The notes below the pieces were generated by a model. The model was not told the DNA's origin and ran no database searches. It worked only from the letters and a program-made list of their open reading frames with translations. The translations under genes and the position numbers were made by a program. A stretch of 64,000 nucleotides of DNA from Anaeramoeba ignava BMAN (lineage: Eukaryota; Protista; Anaeramoebae), in the NCBI GenBank assembly GCA_028826165.1, contig JAPDFW010000054.1:1-64000 (forward strand), given 5' to 3'. Position 1 is the first letter of the stretch, and every line of letters begins with the position of its first letter. Shown one piece after another: positions 52,470 through 63,947 of the stretch.

Positions 52470-55400
52470 ATGAGTATTTCACAAAAAAAATTATCAAAAC
52501 TTCAAAAAAAGCAAATCCAAGAAATGGAAAAAAGAAAAGCACAAAGAGAAGCAAGAGCTTTTCAAAGATCACAAACACAAAAAGCAAAATCACCAACAAA
52601 ATCACCAACAAAAATGCAAACAAAAATACAAACTCAAATTCAATCTCAAAATCAAAATCAAAATCAACTTAGAAAATTTTCTCAATGGGTTTTTATTTTT
52701 TTAAAAGCGGCTGAAAATTTACAAGTTTCAGATGTTTTTTGTGTTCTTTCTGCTGGTGCTTCTCAGAAATATCAATCTATGATTTCTAAATCTACTCCTG
52801 TTATTTGGAATCAAGTTCGTATTTTATTTTATTTTCTTTTATTATTTTTTTTTTGACTATTTCAATTTTTTTTTAATTTTAATTTTAATTTTAATTCCAA
52901 TTTTTTTTTCCTTTTGATGACTAATTAATTTTAATTTTAATTTTCATTTTAATTTTAATTTTAATTTTAATTTTAATTTTAATTTTAATTTTAATTTTAA
53001 TTTTAATTTTAATTTTAATTTTAATTTTAATTTTAATTTTAATTTTATTTTTAATTTTAATTTTAATTTTAATTTTAATTTTAATTTTAATTTTAATTTT
53101 AATTTCAATTTCAATTTTGATTTTAATTATAATTTTAATTTTAATTAATTTTAATATTGATTTTAATTTTAATTTTAAATTTAATTTTTAATTTTAATTT
53201 TAATTTTAATTTTAATTTTTAATTTTAATTTTAATTTTAATTTTAATTTTTAATTTTAATTTTTTTAATTTTAATTTTAATTTTAATTTTAATTTTAATT
53301 TTAATTTTAATTTTAATTTTTAATTTTAATTTTAATTTTAATTTTAATTTTTAATTTTAATTTTAATTTTAATTTTAATTTTAATTTTAATTTTAATTTT
53401 AATTTTAATTTTAATTTTAATTTTAATTTTAATTTTGATTTTAATTTTAATTTTAAATTTTAATTTTAATTTTAATTTTAATTTTAATTTTAATTTTAAG
53501 AATTTTAATTTTTAATTTTTAATTTTAATTTTAATTTTAATTTTAATTTTTGATTTTAATTTTAATTTTAATTTTAATTTTAATTTTAATTTTAATTTTA
53601 ATTTTAATTTTAATTTTAATTTTAATTTTAATTTTGATTTTAATTTTAATTTTAATTTTAATTTTAATTTTAATTTTAATTTTAATTTTGATTATAATAA
53701 AAAATAGAAATTTTACTTTGGATTAAACAATTTAACTCGTTCAATTAATATTGAGGTTTTTGGACAAAAATATACAACGTAACTTTCCTTAATTCTAATT
53801 TATTTTAATTCTAATTTATTTTAATTCTAATTTTAATTTTATTTTTTATTAATTTTAAAATTCAAGTCAATTAAAATTAAAAGAGATAAAGATTACAACT
53901 AATTCTTTGGAAGCTGGTAAATTAAAATTTGAATCAATCCAATTAGATAACGGAGGTGGAACACTTCTTTATGATATTTTTTTCAAAACATTTCCATCAC
54001 CTATCACACAACAAGTAAATAAATAAATAGCAAAAATTAAAAACAATCAAAAACCAATTTCTAATTACAAAAAAATAATTATTAAAATTTTAAAGGATTT
54101 CGAGAAAAATTTACTAGAAGCAATAGATCAACATCAGTTTGAACCACCAAAAATGAAAACGCAACCAATAAAACCACAAGTGAATACACAATCAATGAAT
54201 CAAATGAATCAATTTAATCCACCTCAATATCAACCTCAAACGAATACACAATCAATGAATCAAATGAATCAATTTAATCCACCTCAATATCAACCACAAG
54301 TGAATACACAACCAATGAATCAAATGAATCAATTTACTCCACCTCAATATCAACAACAAACGAATACACAACCAATGAATCAATTTAATCCGCCTCAATA
54401 TAAACAACAAACAAACACACAACCAATGAATCAAATGAATCAATTTAATCCACCTCAATATCAGCAACCAATGAATCAATTTAATCCACCTCAATATCAA
54501 CCTCAAACGAATACACAATCAATGAATCAAATGAATCAATTTAATCCACCTCAATATCAACCTCAAACGAATAATCAACCAATGAATCAAATGAATCAAT
54601 TTACTCCACCTCAATATCAACAACCAATGAATCAATTTAATCCACCTCAATATCAACAACAAACGAATACACAACCAATGAATCAAATGAATCAATTTAA
54701 TCCACCTCAATATAAACAACAAACAAACACACAACAAATTAATCAAGTTAATACTCCACCAATAAATCAAATGAATCAGCTCAATTTAAATGATTTAGGT
54801 CTTAATACACAATCAAAAAATTCACAAAACACTTCCAATTTTGATTTAGGTCAAGGATTCGAAATTGCAACAGATTCAGATCTCGATACAAATTCAGATA
54901 TTGATTCAGATTCAGATAATGATAAAGAACAAAGATTACAACAAAAAATGCAAAAACAAAAGGAAATGCAAAATAAACTTCGGTCTCAAAAAGAAATATT
55001 AGAAGAAACAACAGATCCTTTTCAAGGAATTGGAGGCAACCAAAATACTTCCAAAATGTTTAATAATTCACTTGAATTAGAATTTATTTATGGATATAGA
55101 GGAATAGAATCAAGAGATAATATCCAAGTAACAAGAAATCAAGAACTTGTTTATTATGCCTCAAGAATGGGAATTGTTTATAATCCACAAACTCATACAC
55201 AACGATTTTTCTTTGGACATACCACAGAAATTACATGGTAAATTAAAATTAAAATTCAAATCAAAATTAAAATTTAATTTAAAATCAAAATTAAATTTAA
55301 TTAAAATTAAAATTAAAATTAAAAATTAAATTTAAAATCAAAATTAAAATTAAAATTAAAATCAAAATTAAAATTAAAATTAAAATCAAAATTAAAATCA

Positions 55401-57739
55401 AAATTAAAATTCATTTATAATATTAATATTAAAATTAAAAATTAAATTAAAATTAAAATTAAAATTAAAATTAAAATTAAAATTAAAATAAAATTAAAAT
55501 TAAAATTAAAATCAAAATTAAAATTAAAATTAAAATTAAAATAAAATTAAAATTATAGTCTCACTCTTCATCCAAATGGTCATTATGTTGCAACAGGACA
55601 ATATGATGATGAACCTTTAATTTTTATTTGGGATTCAGAAACAGGTGAGAAAATTAGTCGATTTAAAACATCACATGATCTTGGAATTGCATCACTTTCT
55701 TTTTCAAGTGATGGCAAATATTTATTCTGTGTTTCAATGGATGAATTACATTACATTTCAATTTGGGATTGTGAAAAAAAGAAAATGATTTGTTTCGAAA
55801 TTGGAGATGAAAACAAAGTAATTTCAATATTCAAAATTAAATGTTGAAAATTATTTTAAATTTAATGAATAAATTTAAAATAATAGATTCTTTGTTCTTA
55901 TTCTAATCCATTTATTCCAAATCAATTTATTACATGTGGAATCAAAAATCTTCGATTTTGGCAATTAAATAAAAATCGAGTTACATCTGAACGTGCTGAT
56001 TTATCTTCAAAAGGAGAAATTGTTTTACATTCATTAATTATGTTTGATCAGAATAGTGTGATTACAGGTACATCAACTGGAGAAATTTTAGTTTGGGATT
56101 TACAAACCAAGAGCATTATTAAAACATTTAGAGCTCATGCTGTAATAAATTTAAAAATTAATTTAAAAATAAATTTAAAAATTAAATTAAAATTAAATTT
56201 AATAATTAAATTAAAATTAAATTTAATAATTAAAAATTAAATTTAAAATGAATTTAAAAATAATTTAAAAATTAAAAATTTAAAATTTAAAAATGAATAA
56301 AATGAATTTAATAAATTTAAATTAAAATAAATTTAAAAATAAATTTAAAAATAAATTTAAAAATAAATTTAAAATGAATTTAAAATAAATTTAAAAATAA
56401 ATTTAAAAATGAATTTAAATTTAAAAATGAATTTAAAAATGAATTTAAAAATGAATTTAAAAATAAATTTAAAAATGAATTTAAAAATGAATTTAAAAAT
56501 GAATTTAAAAATGAATTTAAAAATGAATTTAAAAATTAAATTAAATAAAATTTAATAATAAATTTAAAATAAAAGGGTCCATGTTTTGCGCTTCATACAA
56601 CAAAAGAAAATGTTTTTCTTAGTGGTGGAAAAGATGGAAAAGTTATTTTATGGGATAATCAAACATTTTCAAGAGTTAGAACAATTACAAAATTTACTGG
56701 TGGTCCTATTCGTGCTATTGATTTATGTAATAATAAAATTTATGCTGGTACTCTTAAAAATGAAATTTGGGAAGCAGATTTATCAACAGATGAAGCAAAA
56801 ACAATTATTTGTGTAATTTAAATAATAATTTTAATAATAATTTTAATAAATTTAAATAATAATTTTAATAATAATTTTTAATAATTTTAATAATAATTTT
56901 AATAATAACTTAAATAATTTAAATAATAATTTTAATAATTTTAATAATAATAATAAATTAATCAAAAAAATTAAAAGCCACATGGAGATGAAGTTTGGGG
57001 ACTTGCAACACATCCAACTCTTCCACAATTTATTACTGCAAGCGATGATAGAAGTATTCGATATTGGGATGCTTCAGAAAAAACACTAGTTTCAAAAATT
57101 AGCGTAAATGGACAACCTCGATATGTTACTTATTCCTACACAGGAGATTTAATAGCAATAGGACTTCGGGATGGAGAGTTTATTATTTATCAAACAGGAA
57201 GTTTAAAACAAGTAGCAAATCGAAAAGATATGATTTGCTCAGTAACTTATATGACATTCTCTCCAAATGATCAAAAATTTGCAATTGGATTTGAAGATGG
57301 AACAATTATGATTCATAATTCTCAATCATCATTTAGAAAATCTCTTGATTTTAAGATTCAAAGTAAAGTTTTAGCTATTGATTGGTCTGTTTCTTCGGAT
57401 TGCGTTAGAGTTTCTGATGGAAAATCTATTTCATTTTTTACTGCTGAAGAAAACATGACCATTTCTGATTTTAATTCAATTAATTGGGCTTCTTTTAATT
57501 GTTTAACAATCCAACAACTTTCTGATGCTTTGGGTTTTTCTATTGGTTTAAATTCTATTTGTGCTTGGGATAATTCCCCTTCAATTAGATTGTATGATTA
57601 TCCCATTAAGAATTCTAATAATTTCCAAAAAATTTCTGGTCATAATTCTGCTGTTACTGCTGTTAGATTCTTGCAAAATTCAAGAGTTATTAGTGTTGGT
57701 GGTCAAGATATGTGTGTTTTCCAATGGGTTGTTAAATGA
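52470..57739 (+). CDS. EML (echinoderm microtubule-associated protein-like) WD40 protein with N-terminal C2-like domain and Q/P/N repeat linker, 8 exons
   Basis: C2-like FLKAAENL..SDVFCVL..TPVIWNQKFYF; HELP-like LELEFIYGYRGIESRDN; WD40s HGDEVWGLATHP, GHNSAVTAVRF..SVGGQDMCVFQW. Introns include 52815-53707 and 55238-55558. Confidence 0.82.
54170..54770 (+). repeat. Coding tandem repeat (NTQPMNQMNQFNPPQYQPQ)n
   Basis: About 11 imperfect copies inside ORF 54153-55241. Confidence 0.88.
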
Positions 57740-58288
57740 ATTCAATTACAATTTCAATTTTAATCCAATTTCAATTTTAATCCAATTTTAATTTTAATTT
57801 TAATTTTAATTCAATTTTAATCCAATTTTAATTTAATTTTAATTTTAATCCAATTTTAATTTTAATCCAATTTTAATCCAATTTTAATTTAATCCAATTT
57901 TAATCCAATTTTAATTTTAATTTTAATTTTTAATTTTAATCCAATTTTAATTTTAATCCAATTTCAATTTTAATTTTAATTTTAATCCAATTTCAATTTT
58001 AATTTTAATCCAATTTTAATTTTAATTTTAATTTCAATTTTAATTTTAATTTCAATTTTAATCCAATTTTAATCCAATTTTAATCCAATTTTAATCTTAA
58101 TTTTATTATTTTTTTTTCACTTTCAAATTTCAATTTAATTTATTTTCGAAAATCTTTTTTTCGTTTTAATTTTTATTTTTTTTTTTTTTTGAAAAGAAAG
58201 AAAAACGGAAATTAAAATAAATTTGATTTGAAATTTTGAATTTGAAATTTTGAATTTGAATTTCTGAATTTGAAATTTGAGATTTTAA

Positions 58289-60298
58289 TTAATTATTTTT
58301 GCAAGCGAAACATCCTCCAAAATCATGTTTAGTTAAAAGTAAAGTTCTAATTTCTTTATTTTTTGTAGAATCATAAGCATTTTTTTTCTATTAAATTTTA
58401 AATTTAAATAAAATTTAATTTTTGAATTGGTTTTCTTTTTTAAAAAACAAACAAATTTTTTACTTTCTAAAAATTTAATTTAATTTAATTTAATTTAAAA
58501 AATTTAATTTTAAAAAGAAAATTTACATTATTTTTCTCTAATAAAGAAACTCCTCCTAATAATAATTCTTTAACAACATCAATATAATTATTTTGACAAG
58601 CTAAAATTAGAGCAGTATCTCCCTATTTAAATATAAAATGAATTAATTAAAATGATAAAAAACGCAATTTAATTTTTAAAATGAAAATTAATTTATTTAC
58701 AAACTATTTAAAAAAATAAATGAATTAATCTCTTTTTTTTTCTTATTATTTATTTTGAAATTACTTTATCTTTTAAATCAACTTTAATTCCACTTTTAAT
58801 TAATTCACGAACAATTAAAGGATGATTACACATTGAAGCTAAATGTAAACATGATTCACCCTATTTATTAAAAAATCAATTAAAAAATCAATTAAAAATT
58901 TTTGATTTAATTACATTCTAATTATTAAAAATAATTTTTGAAAATAAAAATTAATTGAATAAAATCATTTTTCTTTTTTTAAAAAATTTGGATTAAAAAA
59001 ATTTACAACCTTAAATTTAATTAAAAAAAAAGAATAAAAACATTTTTTTTATATTTTAATTAAATAAAATAAAGATTAAAAATAAAATACTCTTTCAACT
59101 TCATTTAAAGGAGCTTTATGAGAAATTAATTCTTGAACAATTTCTAAATAACCTTCTTGGCAAGCCATTAATAAAGGAGAAGCACCATTCTTGAGTTAAA
59201 AAAAAAAGATTTTCAATTTAAAAGATTTTCAATTTAAAAGATTTTTAATATAAAAGATTTTTAATATAAAAGATTTTTAATATAAAACATTTTCAATTTA
59301 AATCATTTTCAATTTAAATCATTTTCAATTTAAAAGATTTTCAATTTAAAAGATTTTTAATATAAAATATTTTTATAATACTCACATAATTACAAATATC
59401 CAATTTAACTTTTCTAGAAATTAATTCTTGAACAATTTCTAAATAACCTTCTTGACTTGCAATTAATAAAGAAGTTGATCCCTTTTATTTGAGGATTAAT
59501 TAATTTAAATTCAAATATTATTAAATTAAATTTAATTTAAATATTATTATTATTATTATTATTAAATTAAATTTAATTTAAATATTATTATTAAATTTAA
59601 TTTAATTTAAATATTATTATTAAATTTAATTTAATTTAAATATTATTATTAAATTTAATTTAATTTAAATATTATTATTAAATTTAATTTAATTTAAATA
59701 TTATTATTAAATTTAATTTAATTTAAATATTATTATTAAATTTAATTTAATTATTTTTTACTTTCTAAATTTAAATTAATTAATTTTAAATAATTTTTTA
59801 AAAATAAAAAATCAAATTTTGCTTTTTTTCTAACTTTGTTCTGATGATTAATATTTGCTCCTTGATCTAATAGAAATTTTACTGTCTCAAGTTTATTATC
59901 TTGTGTGGCTATTAAAAGTGGAGTCCATCCCTTTTTTTATTTAATAAATTAAATTCATTTATATTCTCAATATAAAAATAATTTTTTGTTTTAAAATATT
60001 TTTTTTACTTCCTTTTTTTTTTTATAAATTTTTTTTGTTTTTCCAAAAATTGATAAATTAAATTATATTTTTTAAATAAAACTTAAATACACTTGTTGTT
60101 GATTCAATTTTAACTCCGATTTTTAATAATTTTTTAATTGTTTCTATATTTCCTTCTTGAGATGCTTGAAATAAATGTTGTTCAAACTTTTTATTATTTT
60201 TATTTTTTATTTTTGATTTTTAAATAAATTTAATAATAAATAATCATAAATTTTAAATAAAAATAAATAAAACAAACTCTTTTTTGTTTTTTATCCAT
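58289..60298 (-). CDS. Small ankyrin-repeat protein (about 238 aa), up to 14 exons including six 3-nt microexons; absent from the ORF track
   Basis: Exons 60278-60298, 60091-60186, [60009-60011], 59835-59930, [59762-59764], 59386-59481, 59091-59189, [59007-59009], [58915-58917], 58765-58860, [58701-58703], 58527-58622, [58464-58466], 58289-58387. All GT-AG, phase 0. Repeats such as GWTPLLIATQDNKLETVKFLLDQGANIN. Confidence 0.88.
58464..58466 (-). other. Putative 3-nt microexon AAA (Lys)
   Basis: Minus strand ttttag|AAA|gtaaaa; flanking introns 60 and 76 nt. Confidence 0.72.
58701..58703 (-). other. Putative 3-nt microexon TTT (Phe)
   Basis: Minus strand aaatag|TTT|gtaaat; flanking introns 61 and 78 nt. 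Confidence 0.75.
58915..58917 (-). other. Putative 3-nt microexon AAT (Asn)
   Basis: Minus strand aattag|AAT|gtaatt; flanking introns 89 and 54 nt. Confidence 0.72.
59007..59009 (-). other. Putative 3-nt microexon GTT (Val)
   Basis: Minus strand tttaag|GTT|gtaaat; flanking introns 81 and 89 nt. Confidence 0.6.
59762..59764 (-). other. Putative 3-nt microexon AAA (Lys)
   Basis: Minus strand atttag|AAA|gtaaaa; flanking introns 70 and 280 nt. Confidence 0.75.
60009..60011 (-). other. Putative 3-nt microexon GAA (Glu)
   Basis: Minus strand aaaaaaag|GAA|gtaaaa; flanking introns 79 and 78 nt. Confidence 0.75.
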
Positions 60299-60403
60299 TT
60301 TTAATTGAATTTAAAAAAATGAAAAATGAAAAAAATGAAAAAAATGAAAAAAACTTTTTTTTTATGAAATTTTTTTTTTCATTTTTTTTCTTTTTTTAAA
60401 AAA
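60299..60403. promoter_or_regulatory. Bidirectional promoter ankyrin gene/SLY1 with TCATTTT motifs
   Basis: 105 nt spacer; four AAAATGA copies at 60316-60347 and TCATTTT at 60379. Confidence 0.6.
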
Positions 60404-63400
60404 ATGAATTTAAGAGAAAAACAATATAATAATTTATTAAAAGTTTTACATCCAGAAGAAAAATATCAAACAATAAGTCAAAGTAATTGGAAAATATTGA
60501 TATTTGATAAGGATTGCCATCAAATAATTTCTTCTTTATTTACTCTTATGGATTTAAGAAAGAATGGAATTACATTGCATTTACAAATCAATTTGGAAAG
60601 ACATTTAATTCAAGATTCTCCAACTATTTATTTTTGTCGTCCTACAAAGAAAAATATTAATATAATAATTGGGGTAGGGCTTAATAAAATATTTAATATT
60701 TAATACAATTCAATTCAATTTAGTTCAATTCAATTTAATTCAATTCAATATTTAATATTCAATTTAATTCAATTCAATATTCAATTCAATTCAATTTAAT
60801 TCAATTTAATTCAATTTTCAATATTCAATTCAATTCAATTCAATTCAATTGAATTAAATTCAATTCAATTTAATTTAATTTAATATTTAATTAAATTCAA
60901 TTCAATTTAATTTAATTTAATATTTAATTCAATTCAATTCAATTTAATTCAATATTCAATTCAATTCAATTCAATTTAGTTCAATATTCAATTCAATTTA
61001 ATATTCAATTCAATTTAATTCAATTCAATATTTATTAATTCAATTTAATTCAATTCAATATTTAATTCAATTCAATATTTAAATTCAATTAATATTTCAA
61101 TATTTCCAATTATTCAATTCAATTTCATTAATATTTATTCAATTCAATTCAATTCAATATTCAATTCAATTCAATTTCAATATTCAATTCAATATTTAAT
61201 TCAATATTTAATTTCAATTCAATTCAATATTCAATTCAATTTAATATTTAATTCCAATTTCAATATTTAATTCAATTCAATATTTAATTCAATTCAATAT
61301 TCAATTCAATTTAATTCAATTCAATTAATTTCAATTCAATTTAATTCAATTCAATTATTCAATTATTTATTTAATATTTAATTTAATATTTAATTTTTAA
61401 TATTCAATAATAATTTAATTCAATTTAATATTTAATATTTATTTAATTTCAATTTATTCAATTTAATTCAATTAATTCCATTTCAATTCAATTCAATTCA
61501 ATTCCATTCAATTTAATTCGATTCAATTCCAATCAATTTAATTTTAATTCAATTTAATAATTCCAATTTCAATTCAATTTTAATTCAATTCAAATTCAAT
61601 TTAATTTAATTCAATTTAATTCAATATTCAATATTTAATTCAATTCCATTCAATATTTTCAATTTAATATTTAATTTAATATTCAATTCAATATTCAATT
61701 CAATTCCAATATACTAATTCAATATTCAATTTATTTTCAATATTCAATTCCAATATTCAATTATTCAATATTTAATTTAATTTAATTCAATATTCAATAT
61801 TTAATTCTATTCCAATTTAATATTTAATTCAATTTAATTCAATTCAATATTTAATATTCAAATTCAATTTTAATTCAATTCAATTCATTTAATTCAATTC
61901 AATTCAATTCAATTCATATTTAATTCAATTTAATTCAATATTTTAATTTAATATTTAATTCAATTCAAATTTATTCAATTCAATATTCAATATTTAATTT
62001 AATTTAATTCAATATTTAATTCAATTCAATTCAATATTTAATATTCAATTTAATTCAATATTTAATATTTAATTCAATTCATTTAATTCAATTCAATTTT
62101 TTAAATATTTAATTCAATTTAATTTAATTCAATTCAAATTCAATATTCAATTCAATTCAATATTTAATATTCAATTCAATATTTAATTCAATTCAATTTA
62201 ATTTAATATTTAATTCAATATTTAATATAATATTTAATTCAATTCAATTCAATTCAATATTTAATTTAATTCAATTTAATATTCAATTCAATTCAATTCA
62301 ATATTTAATTTTATTTATAATTTTATTTATAAATTTATTTATAAATTTATTAAGGATTGCTCAAAAGGTATTTATGATTCTTTATACTTAAATTTCACAC
62401 CTTCAATTAGTCGAGAAAATTTAGAACAACTTGCTCGAGGTCTTTTAGAAACTGATTCAACTCAAAAAATTAATAAAATAATTGATCATTATTTAAATTA
62501 TATCACATATGAAGAAACATTTTTTACTTTAAATATTAAAAATTCATATTATAAACTTCAAGTGGATAATCAAAACGAAAGCAAGATAACAAAAACAATC
62601 AATCAAATTGTAGAAGGATTATTTGGGGTTCTTGTAACACTTAAAGTAATCCCAATAATTCGCTGCCCACCTAATGGAGCAGCAGCATTTGTTGCGAAAG
62701 AATTGAATAAAAAAATTTATGAACACTTGAAACAACCAAGAAATTTATTTCAAGAAGAAACCCCACTTTCAGTTGTAAATTTCCAGAGAATAACACTTAT
62801 CATATTAGATAGAGATATTGATTTCAATGTGATGCTTCATCATTCATGGATTTATCATTCATTAATATATGATGTTTTGGAAACTTCTTTAAATCAAGTC
62901 ACAGTCGATGTTGATCTTGAAGCAAAAACAAATGAAAATTCAAATGAAAATTCAAATGAAAAACCAAAGGAGAATTCAAACGAAAATTCGTTTAAGAAAA
63001 ATAATAAGAAAACCTTTTATATTCATGAAGACGATGATTTTTGGAAAGATAATCATTTTAAACCATTTCCTGATATTGGAGATCAAATCAGTATATTAAC
63101 AAAGGAATTCCAAGAAAATAAGGCTAATATTACCGAACCAGATCTAAATTTGGATGTTATGCAAAACGCACAGAATTTATCTTCCAAAGTTTCAAATCTT
63201 CCCCAATTACAAAAACGAAAAAAAGAGATTGACAAACACACATCAATCGCAACTGGGATTTTAGAGCAAATTCAACAACGTGATTTGGGAACATTTTTTG
63301 ATGTGGAACAGGCAGTAATGGGGTCTTCTTCAACGTCTTCAAACGAATTCCAAGACGTTCTTAAACTTCTTAGAAACCCAAAAGGATCTTCTTTTGATAA

Positions 63401-63947
63401 ATTGAGATTGTTTTTAATTTATTTCATTTCAAAACAAACAATTAAAGAAGATGATTTGAATGTTTTGCTCAAAACACTTGAAGAACAGAATATTGAATAT
63501 CAAAGCTATTACAACCACTTCAACGAATTGAAAATGTTGCAAAAAAAACAAATGCAAATGAACGCAAATTCGCGTTCGAAAAATAACAATATTTTCAGAG
63601 ATATTGCACAAAAATTCGGGCTTCATGAAATGCTTCCCAAACGTTATGAACTCCCAATAACGCGCGTTGTTTCTTCTATTATGAATGTCAAGCAAGACAC
63701 TAAATCCGCAAATTATTTTTTTGATTATTTGGATCCAAAAAAAATGCCAAAATATCAAACTCCTTTTAAATCTGCAATTGTTTTTGTTGTTGGAGGTGGA
63801 AATCCTTCTGAATTTATTAATCTTAAACAATTTTCTGATTCTCAACAAATGAAACGTAATATTATTTATGGTTCAACAGAAATTATTAATGCTCAAGAAT
63901 TTTTGAATCAATTATCTTTGAAAATTGGAAATGATGAAAAAATTTGA
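60404..63947 (+). CDS. SLY1: Sec1/Munc18 family protein Sly1 (SCFD1), 2 exons
   Basis: MNLREKQ, WKILIFD, LRKNGITLH, IYFCRPT, PIIRCP, ILDRDIDF..LHHSWIY, AIVFVVGGGN, IIYGSTE. Intron 60674-62354. Confidence 0.9.
60674..62354 (+). repeat. Intron with degenerate (AATTC/AATTT/AATATTC)n
   Basis: Directly visible. Confidence 0.88.

Noticed and set aside
10041-56240. Dipeptide-repeat ORFs (LN, IL, IF, IY, IK, NI) such as 10041-10388, 22008-22325, 37366-37632, 38988-39191, 51792-52127
   Set aside because: They lie in intron or flank microsatellites; GT-AG splicing around them restores conserved proteins.
60272-60278. AG-TTT-GT at the end of ankyrin exon 1
   Set aside because: It overlaps the exon 1 donor (AGA|GTTTGT) and has no upstream intron, so it is coincidental.
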